Positions 6,688 to 14,500 of a stretch of 32,000 nucleotides of DNA are shown one piece after another. The notes beneath the pieces were generated by a model. That model was not told the origin of the DNA, did not search any database, and saw only the letters and a list, made by a program, of their open reading frames with translations. A program made the position numbers and the translations under genes. This stretch comes from Candidatus Saccharimonadota bacterium. GTDB taxonomy: Archaea > Nanohalarchaeota > Nanosalinia > Nanosalinales > Nanosalinaceae. How positions within the stretch are numbered: the stretch's first letter is position 1; every line of letters starts with the position of its first letter. Location of the stretch: positions 30,001 through 62,000 of the forward strand of contig CP012986.1 of the NCBI GenBank assembly GCA_001761425.1. Direction: 5' to 3'.

Positions 6688-8112
6688 TTGAAGCTTTCCA
6701 GGATTTCTGTTCCTTACAGGGCGTTGAAGCATAACGGTACTTTGCTGGCATTGGTTTTTCTCTCCGGTAATATTTCTTTGGAGGCCTCTAATTTTCGTTT
6801 ATTGTTTTTCGCCTCTCTAGGTTTTACCGCGGTTGTTCTTATTTCTCTTCTGTGGGAGTATCTGGTCTGGAGGCGGTATGATTACTTTTTCGAGGATGAT
6901 AGTTTGAGGATAACTCAGGGCGTTTTCAGGAGAGATGAACGCGAGATACCGTACAGGAGGATACAGAACGTGGATATAGAGAAAAATATTTTTCAGAGAG
7001 TTTTCGGTATAGCCAGAGTCGATTTCGAGACTGCAGGAGGTTCATCTACCGAGGCCTCATTCAGATTCGTGGAGGGTGAAGAGGCCAGAAATATCCAGGA
7101 AAGAGTGAGGAAGTTCAAGAGAGGAGAGGACAGGGAAGATGGGGGAAAGGATAGGGAGAAGCTTTTAGAGCTCTCAAGCTCCGATTTACTGGCTTACAGC
7201 TTTCTCTCGGTCAACACACAGGCCTTGATCATTGCGTTTACAGTCTTCGGCATCTTCGGGGGTATGGGAACAGGCCTTGTAGAAAGCTCTCTGGCACCTG
7301 TAGTCGTGCTGACGTTCCTGGGCCTTACCTCGGTGATAGGTCTCTGGACATTCAACGCCTTCTCTAACTTTGTAAAGTACTATGATTTCAGGCTGTGGCG
7401 TGAAAGAGATACCCTGGAGTATGAGAGAGGTCTCCTGAACCGTTCAGAAGGTTCTATCCCTGTAGAAAAAGTTCAGGGCGTCTCTATCGAGGAAAACTTC
7501 CTGAAGAGACAGCTGGGCTATGCGACGATGAAGGTAGAGACCGCAGGCCTTTCAGACGGACAGCAGTTGAAGAGTAACATGGTAGCTGTGCCTCTTGCAA
7601 AGTACAGTTCTGTTCTGGATTTCGCTCAGGACCTTGAACAGTTCAACTCTCCTGATATGAATTCCATATCTTCAAGAGCCAGGAGAAGATATTTCGGACA
7701 GTACAGCATTATTCTAGGCCTTGTCCTGTTGCTCGGTATCGGAGCGGATACTTACGTAAGGCCTTTCAATTACCTGTTTATCTTTGCTTTCGTGCCTCTA
7801 GCTGTAATCGGGGCGCATCTGAAATGGGTTAACAGAGGTTTCGAGGCTCAGGAGGATTATTTCATTTCGATGAACGGTTTCTGGACCCGTAGAACTTCTA
7901 TAACTCCTTATTACCGGGTTCAGAACCTTATTCAGACTGAGACGGTTTTGCAGAGGCGCTGGAATCTTTCGACTCTAACAGTGGATACTGCTGGAAGTCT
8001 TATCATGAGTGATTCGCGGGCTGTCGATGTGGATGTGAAAAAAGCTGTAAAGTTGAGGGAGGAAGTATTTGAGAGGTTCAAGAAGGCCTTGGATGAGAGT
8101 AAGAAGTCCTAG
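6688..8112 (+). CDS. YdbT-like membrane protein with three bPH_2 domains
   Basis: TTG start. Three repeats of the same pattern: LRITQGVFRRDEREIPYRRIQNVDIEKNIFQRVFGIARVDFETAG, LEYERGLLNRSEGSIPVEKVQGVSIEENFLKRQLGYATMKVETAG and FISMNGFWTRRTSITPYYRVQNLIQTETVLQRRWNLSTLTVDTAG. TM pairs lie between the repeats. Confidence 0.75.
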   Translation: MKLSRISVPYRALKHNGTLLALVFLSGNISLEASNFRLLFFASLGFTAVVLISLLWEYLVWRRYDYFFEDDSLRITQGVFRRDEREIPYRRIQNVDIEKNIFQRVFGIARVDFETAGGSSTEASFRFVEGEEARNIQERVRKFKRGEDREDGGKDREKLLELSSSDLLAYSFLSVNTQALIIAFTVFGIFGGMGTGLVESSLAPVVVLTFLGLTSVIGLWTFNAFSNFVKYYDFRLWRERDTLEYERGLLNRSEGSIPVEKVQGVSIEENFLKRQLGYATMKVETAGLSDGQQLKSNMVAVPLAKYSSVLDFAQDLEQFNSPDMNSISSRARRRYFGQYSIILGLVLLLGIGADTYVRPFNYLFIFAFVPLAVIGAHLKWVNRGFEAQEDYFISMNGFWTRRTSITPYYRVQNLIQTETVLQRRWNLSTLTVDTAGSLIMSDSRAVDVDVKKAVKLREEVFERFKKALDESKKS

Positions 8113-8453
8113 AGGATTTTCTGATCTATTCTGTTGACTGCTTCCTGTGAGATTTCTTTTTCCAGGTTTGATGCCTCTTCTTCCGGTTTGTCGATATTTA
8201 TTTTCTGGAAGAAGGCCTTGAGTTTTTCATGTTTGTCTGCGAGTTTTTCTCCTTTTTCTTTTCCCATTGGGCTGAGTGTGAAGCCTTTGTATGGAGCCCT
8301 GCAGACAAGTTTTTGTTCTTCAAGGTTGGCTATGGCCTCTGAGGCGGATGCGTTTGTTACCTGCATCTGTTCGGCGAGTTCAGAGGTTGTCATGGATTCT
8401 TCGCCGGCTTCTGTTATCTGGTATATTTTTCTGAGGTAATTCTTTTTTGTCAT
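8109..8453 (-). CDS. short DtxR/MntR-family winged-helix transcriptional regulator
   Basis: NYLRKIYQITEAGEESMTTSELAEQMQVTNASASEAIANLEEQKLVCRAPYKGFTLSPMGKEKGEKLADKHEKLKAFF matches the DtxR N-terminal HTH plus dimerisation helix. At 114 aa there is no SH3-like C-domain. Confidence 0.7.
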   Translation of the reverse strand: MTKKNYLRKIYQITEAGEESMTTSELAEQMQVTNASASEAIANLEEQKLVCRAPYKGFTLSPMGKEKGEKLADKHEKLKAFFQKINIDKPEEEASNLEKEISQEAVNRIDQKIL

Positions 8454-9436
8454 TAGATTAACGCGCTTTCTGCATTTCTTTCTTCGCTTTCAAGTTTGTC
8501 TGTAAAGTTTCCTACTTCTTGAAGTTTTTCCATTGCTTTCTGGGCTTCCGTTACGTTTGAGTCGATCTCTGTCTGCATGTTGTGCAGTTTTCTGATCCTT
8601 TCGTTCTGATCTCCAGGAGCTTCCTTTATATCTTCGATCAGTTCATCTATATCTTCGTACATCTCTTTAGCTTCTTCCACTGTCTTCTTTACCTCCTTGT
8701 AAAGTTCTTTTACCTCTTCTTCCTCTTTTTCCGTGAGATCTTCAATCTGGCTGAACTCTTCCTTGGTTTGCTCAAACTCTTCCTTATCTTTCTCCGCCAG
8801 CTTTTGGTCTTTTTTCTCCCCTGCTTCTGCACCTACCTCTTCAAGGATCTGGCCGAATATTTTCTCCATATTGTAATCATCCTCCTCATCTTTGAGGAGT
8901 TCCTCATCTTCTTTAACCGCTTTACCTAGTTCATGGCCGAGTATATCGAGGTCCTCGGACATCTCTGCCTCCTCATCCATATCCGTCTCCATGTTCTCAA
9001 CACTGTTCCACATCTGGCTGATAGCACCATCGACTCCTTCTTTGAAGCTATCAGCATTAGCTATAGAACCTAGAGCATTCTCAATACCCTTTGTAGCATT
9101 ATTGAAGTTCTTCATCTCCTGTTTCTGATGCTCACTGATCTTGTTAATAGTATCCTGTAGCTCCTGTAAGGCCTTTCTAGTATCTTTTATGGACCTCTCC
9201 TCGTACTCTATAAGCTCTTCCTGCTCTTCTTCCTGCGCCTCAAACTCCTCAAGAATTCTCTTCATCTTTTTAGCACTCAGATCGCCGTTTCTGAACTTTT
9301 TCAGATCCTCACGGACGGCCTGATGCTCTTTAGATAGATCTTTTTCATCGGCCTCTATCTCACCGTGAACTCCATCAATTTTCCTGGCAAGTCTTTCAAC
9401 GTGTTCTATCTGCTCTATCTCATCATCCCGAGACAT
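8453..9436 (-). CDS. hyperacidic coiled-coil protein (327 aa), function unknown
   Basis: Long E/K/D-rich heptad-like sequence. Its stop overlaps the start of the DtxR-like gene by 1 nt. Confidence 0.6.
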   Translation of the reverse strand: MSRDDEIEQIEHVERLARKIDGVHGEIEADEKDLSKEHQAVREDLKKFRNGDLSAKKMKRILEEFEAQEEEQEELIEYEERSIKDTRKALQELQDTINKISEHQKQEMKNFNNATKGIENALGSIANADSFKEGVDGAISQMWNSVENMETDMDEEAEMSEDLDILGHELGKAVKEDEELLKDEEDDYNMEKIFGQILEEVGAEAGEKKDQKLAEKDKEEFEQTKEEFSQIEDLTEKEEEEVKELYKEVKKTVEEAKEMYEDIDELIEDIKEAPGDQNERIRKLHNMQTEIDSNVTEAQKAMEKLQEVGNFTDKLESEERNAESALI

Positions 9437-9487
9437 AACTCCTAATTACCTCAAATCGTTTTTATCTTTGGTGAAAAAATCCTGGCT

Positions 9488-10687
9488 TTACCTGTCAGAG
9501 ATACTGTAGAGAAGAAGTATCGTCGGCGCAGACAGCAGGACTGCCGGGGCGAACACCTGCATGATGCTGTGACTGAGGACGCCAAGATCGTTGGCAATAA
9601 GCAGTATAACAAGACTTTCGATATCCAGAGCTACTAGAGAGCCGGCAACTTTCAGAGGCTGCTCTGAACCGTGCTTCCTGGAGACAAAGTAAGAGATAGC
9701 GACCTTTGAAACCGTTGAAAGACCGAAAAGGAACAGGGCAGCAGGAAGATAAGCTATCATACCGTGATCGCCGAAGATCGTTAATCCGAGGCCGAACCAT
9801 GCGAAGAATATCGGGATGAAAAGGCCTTCGCCAATAGCCCTGATCTTCTCCTGGAATCCCCTGCTGTTCGTGAAATCGCTTCTGGAGACAAGGACGCCGG
9901 CGAAGAATGCTCCGAGAACTGAGGAAAGGCCTATGGACTGAGTGATGTATGCCATGAACAGTAGAAGTGCAAAGGTTATTGCGAACTGGGCCTCTGCTTC
10001 TTCAAACATTATGACATAGTCATCTATTTTGTGGATGAACTCGTGGAGGATGTAAAAGGATACTGCGAACCCTGCGATCGCTGCGATTTTAGAAACCTGT
10101 GCATAGAGGCTTTCGGATGCCAGGACAACCAGAAGTGTCAAAGCGATGAAGCCTGATGTCACGTTGATGACTGAGGACTTTATCGTGTATCCTCCTATCT
10201 TATCTCTCATCATACCTTTCGAAAGCATGATCTTCGATGGTACACCGATGTCAACTACCGCATAAGCCAATGCGAGGAAGACAAAGGCCTTTACAGACTC
10301 AGCAGGGACGAATTCAGGCCTTAAAAAGTACAGGATTCCGAATATGAATAGGAATGCTCCGGTAAGGACGGCTGTTCCGAGCTGTAGGCCTTCTCTGTTC
10401 GTGAATATTTCTATTACGTTTTCTTCTTTGAGTCCTGCCTGGAAAAGTATAAGTGTAGCTCCTACTGTTGCAAAGCTGGCCAGTGACTCTGCCTGTAGTG
10501 CGAGGCCCTGTGGTATGAATGTATAGGTTTCCCCTGCTGTGGCTAGTATTGGCCCGAGTAGAAGGCCTGTTAGGATGTATCCTATGATTGATTCGAGGCC
10601 TATGCGTTCGAATATTTCTCCTATTATGAATGATACGGCGAGTATGATTCCAAGTGAGAGTAGTGTGGCTGCTGATAGGCTTGCCAT
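9488..10687 (-). CDS. cation:proton antiporter (CPA2 / Kef-type Na+ or K+/H+ exchanger)
   Basis: 399 aa with about 11-12 TM segments. The N-terminus IIGEIFERIGLESIIGYILTGLLLGP is typical of the sodium/hydrogen exchanger family. Confidence 0.8.
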   Translation of the reverse strand: MASLSAATLLSLGIILAVSFIIGEIFERIGLESIIGYILTGLLLGPILATAGETYTFIPQGLALQAESLASFATVGATLILFQAGLKEENVIEIFTNREGLQLGTAVLTGAFLFIFGILYFLRPEFVPAESVKAFVFLALAYAVVDIGVPSKIMLSKGMMRDKIGGYTIKSSVINVTSGFIALTLLVVLASESLYAQVSKIAAIAGFAVSFYILHEFIHKIDDYVIMFEEAEAQFAITFALLLFMAYITQSIGLSSVLGAFFAGVLVSRSDFTNSRGFQEKIRAIGEGLFIPIFFAWFGLGLTIFGDHGMIAYLPAALFLFGLSTVSKVAISYFVSRKHGSEQPLKVAGSLVALDIESLVILLIANDLGVLSHSIMQVFAPAVLLSAPTILLLYSISDR

Positions 10688-10690
10688 TTT

Positions 10691-11104
10691 CTAGGCCTCC
10701 TGTACTACTTTGTTTTCGTGTACTACGCCTATGGTTTCTCCTTCTTTTTCTACAGGTATTGATCTGATGTCTTCTCGGTCCATGAGGAATGCTATTTCTC
10801 CGAGGGTTTCGTCCGGTGGTACTGTGACTTCGTGTTTTTTCATCAGGTCTTTTGCTTTTTCCGCGACGTAGCTCTGGTCGAATGAAAGGCCTAGGACGCC
10901 AATGACTTTTTCTTCGTCGATCCTGTCCTGCGGGATCACGTCTTTGAGAAGAGAGTTTTCATGGATCTCGCCTTTTACTTCGCCGTCTTCCCTGACTATC
11001 AACGTGTTTTCCGTGCCTGCGAACTCTTCTTTTACCTCATCGATATCAGCTTCTGCATCGATGAAGTCAGGTTCATCCATAAGTTCTTCCGCGGTAACAG
11101 GCAT
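10691..11104 (-). CDS. CBS-domain pair protein
   Basis: ...LMKKHEVTVPPDETLGEIAFLMDREDIRSIPVEKEGETIGVVHENKVV is a CBS motif. I set the start at ATG 11104 (MPVTAEEL...). The gene lies directly upstream of the antiporter. Confidence 0.7.
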   Translation of the reverse strand: MPVTAEELMDEPDFIDAEADIDEVKEEFAGTENTLIVREDGEVKGEIHENSLLKDVIPQDRIDEEKVIGVLGLSFDQSYVAEKAKDLMKKHEVTVPPDETLGEIAFLMDREDIRSIPVEKEGETIGVVHENKVVQEA

Positions 11105-11184
11105 ACAGTCACAGTTGTTTTCCGCTATACATAAAGTCAATGAAACAGAAATCAAATCCTGCCTCGAATCTTAGAAAAATTATA

Positions 11185-11274
11185 CGCCGGAGCTGGGATT
11201 TGAACCCAGGAGAGGCGGGTATGCCTCACCGGTTCTCAAGACCGGCACAATTAGCCAGACTCTGTCACTCCGGC
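11185..11274 (-). tRNA. tRNA-Ser(UGA), class II with a long variable arm
   Basis: Hand fold: GCCGGAG TG ACAG AGTCTGGCTAA TTGT G CCGGT CTTGAGA ACCGG TGAGGCATACCCGCCTCTC CTGGG TTCAAAT CCCAG CTCCGGC G. Length is 90 nt. Confidence 0.85.
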
Positions 11275-11419
11275 AAATACGAAGTATTTGCGTCGGATCG
11301 AGAAAACTCTTCCGAGTTTTCGATCTCCGGCAATTCCCGTAGCAATTGAGTACTTGCCGCATTCAGCTCAAAGAGCTTTCAGCGTCTCTGTCGAAAATAT
11401 GAGGCCTAAGTGTCTTATA

Positions 11420-12007
11420 TCATTGCTTCGCTTTCTGGTATCTGTCTCTGATCTCGTTGAACAGTTGTTTTCCTTTCAGTGTGGTTATTCTTGGTTCGGT
11501 GGTTGCGAAGAATTCGTCCAGGTTTTCGTATTCCTGGAAGTTTTCGTTGTCTTCTTCCGGATCGTACCTGTTTTCTTTTTCGTATTTCACGGCCTGGAGA
11601 CACATGTCGATCATGTCCAAGTCCTTGACGAACTTTGCTTCATCGGTTTCATGTTCCTCGTATTCCATCCAGATTTCGTCTAATTCTTCTCCGAGAAGGC
11701 CTGAAAGCTTTTCCACAGCTTCTTTTTCCATTTTTTCTTTCTCTTCTTTTTCTATTTCCTGTTTATCGTCTATTTTTCTGGTGACGAAGTCTCCTGTCTC
11801 CGCCTCCGCAATATCATGGATTAGAGCCATTTTCAGAGCTTTTTCCTCATTTATACCTACTTCCTTGCTGTAAACCAGTGTGAGAAGTGCGACACCCCAT
11901 GAATGGTCTGCTACGGTTTCAGGGTCTTCGATATTTCTGAGCTCCCAGCCTGTTCGTTTCTCGTCTTTCAGGTTCAGGGCAGTGAGGAGGCCTTTGATCT
12001 CTTTCAT
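11420..12007 (-). CDS. HD-domain phosphohydrolase (YfbR-like 5'-deoxynucleotidase family)
   Basis: ...KRTGWELRNIEDPETVADHSWGVALL...ALIHDIAEAETGD carries the H..HD..D metal-binding motifs. Confidence 0.8.
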   Translation of the reverse strand: MKEIKGLLTALNLKDEKRTGWELRNIEDPETVADHSWGVALLTLVYSKEVGINEEKALKMALIHDIAEAETGDFVTRKIDDKQEIEKEEKEKMEKEAVEKLSGLLGEELDEIWMEYEEHETDEAKFVKDLDMIDMCLQAVKYEKENRYDPEEDNENFQEYENLDEFFATTEPRITTLKGKQLFNEIRDRYQKAKQ

Positions 12008-12606
12008 TACTGTTTTGCCTCCGTTAGGAAGTTCATTATTGTGGTTTCTGAGACTTCTGCTCTGTTTACCTGTTTTATCTCCAGGCCTTTTTCTTCGAGC
12101 AGTTTTCTGGCTTTTTCCTCGCTTATTAGATACTGTTTGACTTCGCTTCCGTATCTTTCCCTGATGAAGGTTCCTTCTCCAATCTTGAAGCTGGCGTAGA
12201 GTGTTCCTTCATCTTTGAGTACTCGTTTGAGTTCTTTGAGGACTTCCTGCATCTCTTCTGGAGGGAAGAAGTGCATGACTGTGTTGCACCAGACTCCTTC
12301 GAACTTTTTGTCTTGGAATTCGAGGTTTTTGATGTCCATGACTCTGAAATGGCCTTTCTTGTTCTCTTTTGCGTGTTTTATCATTCCTTCGGCCAGGTCT
12401 ACTCCTGTTGCGTCGAGGCCTTTTTCTGTGAGGTATTCTGTGTCTCTTCCTGGTCCGCATCCTGCGTCCAGTGCTTTTCCGTTCCCGATTTTTTCTGTAA
12501 AGGTGTCAAGAAGATCTGTGTAGGCCTCTGGCATTTTTTCGATACTGTATTTTTCTGCGAACTGTTCTGCTCCTTTGCTGTAGAATTTTTCAGGCCTTTC
12601 TGTCAT
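12007..12606 (-). CDS. class I SAM-dependent methyltransferase
   Basis: ALDAGCGPGRDTEYL is motif I. I set the start at ATG 12606, because the longer track ORF would overlap the end of cbf5. The stop overlaps the HD gene start by 1 nt. Confidence 0.8.
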   Translation of the reverse strand: MTERPEKFYSKGAEQFAEKYSIEKMPEAYTDLLDTFTEKIGNGKALDAGCGPGRDTEYLTEKGLDATGVDLAEGMIKHAKENKKGHFRVMDIKNLEFQDKKFEGVWCNTVMHFFPPEEMQEVLKELKRVLKDEGTLYASFKIGEGTFIRERYGSEVKQYLISEEKARKLLEEKGLEIKQVNRAEVSETTIMNFLTEAKQ

Positions 12607-12628
12607 AGGTATCTTTTTCGCCTGTTTT

Positions 12629-13606
12629 TTACTGGTTTTCGTCCTGTTTCCATCGTTTTGGGTATTTTTTAGGGTCCATGTAGACGTTTTCAAGTACGGC
12701 TGCTTCGCCTTCTTTGTCGTAGAGCTGTTCTGAGTTCATCTGTGCGGTTGCCAGTGCGATTAGTTCTCCTTTGAGGGTGGTGATTGCTACTCTGTCGCCT
12801 TTTTTTATTTTGTCCTGGAACTTGGAGATTCCTACTGCTCCGAGGTTGGATCCGTTTGCGACTGCGTTTACTGCGGAGTCCTTTATGGCGATCTTTGGAA
12901 GGTGGTTGACTGCTTTCTCTATGGGGTAGAGGACTTCTCTGAGTTCTTCTTCTTTTCCGTCCTGTTTGTAGAAGTGGTAGGCATCGACTATGTCCTGTAG
13001 AGTATCTGTTTCCTCTTCGGTTATGAGGCCTTGCTCTGTTCTTCTCAGTTCTTCCATGTCTGTATCTGTTCCGAGCTTCTCTCCAAGCTCTTCGACCAGT
13101 ACTCGGACGTAGAAGCCTGATTCGCATTTTACGCGGGCTAGAAAGTTTTCTTCTTTTTTTTCGAGGAACTGGATTTCGTATACTTCGCGTTTGCGTCCCT
13201 CTTTTTTTACCGCTGATTTTTCCGGGGGAACCTGGTGATTAGTGCCTTCAAAGGTTTTTAGAGCTTCTTTTATCTCTTCTTTTTCTCTTTCCTCTCTTAG
13301 CTCGACGTGGAAGACGTATTCTTTCTGTGCTTTTGCCAGTGCCTGGTTTATTCTTGTTCCCCTGTTGAGGCCTACAGGCAGGAGGCCTGATGCGTTTGGG
13401 TCCAGTGTGCCGAAGTGTCCGGTTTTTTTGAGGTCGAGTTCTTTTCTGGTCCAGGTTGAGATCTGTTTGCTTGTAGGTCCGAACGGTTTATCGACCAGGA
13501 AAAGGCCTTTTTCCAGTAGGTCTTCGATATCTCTGTTTTCCGGTATGTTTCCGTATTCTTCGCTGGTCTCTGCTTGTTCTCTTGTGTACCATTCAGCTTG
13601 GCTCAT
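12629..13606 (-). CDS. cbf5: H/ACA RNP pseudouridine synthase Cbf5 (TruB family with PUA domain)
   Basis: ...LVDKPFGPTSKQISTWTRKELDLKKTGHFGTLDPNASGLLPVGLNRGTR is the TruB catalytic motif. The C-terminus KIAIKDSAVNAVANGSNLGAVGI...GDRVAITTLKGELIALATA is a PUA domain. I moved the start to ATG 13606 (MSQAEWY...). Confidence 0.9.
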   Translation of the reverse strand: MSQAEWYTREQAETSEEYGNIPENRDIEDLLEKGLFLVDKPFGPTSKQISTWTRKELDLKKTGHFGTLDPNASGLLPVGLNRGTRINQALAKAQKEYVFHVELREEREKEEIKEALKTFEGTNHQVPPEKSAVKKEGRKREVYEIQFLEKKEENFLARVKCESGFYVRVLVEELGEKLGTDTDMEELRRTEQGLITEEETDTLQDIVDAYHFYKQDGKEEELREVLYPIEKAVNHLPKIAIKDSAVNAVANGSNLGAVGISKFQDKIKKGDRVAITTLKGELIALATAQMNSEQLYDKEGEAAVLENVYMDPKKYPKRWKQDENQ

Positions 13607-13662
13607 AATCCTGTTTTCGAGTGGAAGTTTTTTTATTGTAGAAAGTCCTGTCCCAGGTTTTC

Positions 13663-14388
13663 TTACTGGACTCCTAGGGCCTTTCTGAAGGTGTAACTCA
13701 GTGGCATCATGAGGAGTATGTAGAATCCTAGCCAGTTCAGTGCTGTTCCGATGAACGGTATGTTCACCGGTAGCGGAACAAATACTGCGTTTATCTTCAG
13801 TTTGCCGTCCGCTTCCTGGTTTGAGGCCTGGTTGAAATTCATTACCTCCCAAGTCATTCCGTGGCTATGGAAGGATTCGTGGAGTGATGCGTTTTCTCCA
13901 TTGAACTTTATCACAGGTTCTGTATTGTTTATGACCTGTATCTGTTCTGTCTGTCCTGCGTAGCTGATGTTTCCGGTGAAGGTCTGGTTGTCTGCGTTCT
14001 GCATTTCGATGGTCGGTGCGTATGTGGCTCCGAGCCATGGGAAGATCAGTGCGACGAAGACCATGGTCGCTATCATCGGTTTGAAGTTCAGCATCATGAA
14101 CTTCTGGTTCAGTTTCAGGGTCTTTTGCATGTGGTTGGAGGCCTTGTCACTTTTGTCGTTTTGCCGGGCTTCCTTCATTTTGTCCTGGTGGTGTTCGAGT
14201 TTGTCTTTGATCTCGTCGGCTCTTTCTTTGTCCAGTAGCCACCAGTAGATCAGTGAGAAGATTCCGGCCAGGGCTACTGAGAAAAATCCCAGTGATACAT
14301 AGGGCCCCATTGATAGCAGTGGCTGGAAAACAGTGTCGTAAAATGCGAAGAGTGGTGCCAGCACTGCTGCAAAATTTGATAGTGCCAT
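13663..14388 (-). CDS. DUF106 / EMC3-YidC-Oxa1-like membrane insertase homologue
   Basis: TM1, then a basic coiled-coil (DKERADEIKDKLEHHQDKMKEARQ...LKLNQKFMMLNFKP), then TM2 ... TM3, ending FRKALGV. It lies in the conserved position downstream of secY. Confidence 0.7.
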   Translation of the reverse strand: MALSNFAAVLAPLFAFYDTVFQPLLSMGPYVSLGFFSVALAGIFSLIYWWLLDKERADEIKDKLEHHQDKMKEARQNDKSDKASNHMQKTLKLNQKFMMLNFKPMIATMVFVALIFPWLGATYAPTIEMQNADNQTFTGNISYAGQTEQIQVINNTEPVIKFNGENASLHESFHSHGMTWEVMNFNQASNQEADGKLKINAVFVPLPVNIPFIGTALNWLGFYILLMMPLSYTFRKALGVQ

Positions 14389-14413
14389 GTATGATTCTAC
14401 TGATTTACGAATC

Positions 14414-14421
14414 CTTTTAAA
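14414..14421 (-). promoter_or_regulatory. TATA box (TTTAAAAG on the sense strand) for the DUF106 gene
   Basis: Ends 25 nt before ATG 14388. Confidence 0.35.
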
Positions 14422-14457
14422 CAGAGGTCTTTACGACAGGTTTTTTGTTACTTAGAG

Positions 14458-14496
14458 ATAAAACAGGGGAGAATTGGGGAGGCCTTTTTTCCCCTG
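14458..14496 (-). terminator. hairpin plus T-run after secY
   Basis: On the sense strand, CAGGGGA-17 nt-TCCCCTG is followed by TTTTAT, starting a few nt after the secY stop. Confidence 0.35.
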
Positions 14497-14500
14497 GGTT

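Noticed and set aside
12629-13852. N-terminal extensions of track ORFs: Cbf5 to 13852, L3 to 29206, S13 to 4061, the CBS protein to 11155, the methyltransferase to 12693, L18 to 18036 and S17 to 22838.
   Set aside because: The extensions lack similarity to the families. They overlap upstream genes or promoter boxes, and internal starts have better SD or TATA spacing. Coordinates were trimmed accordingly.
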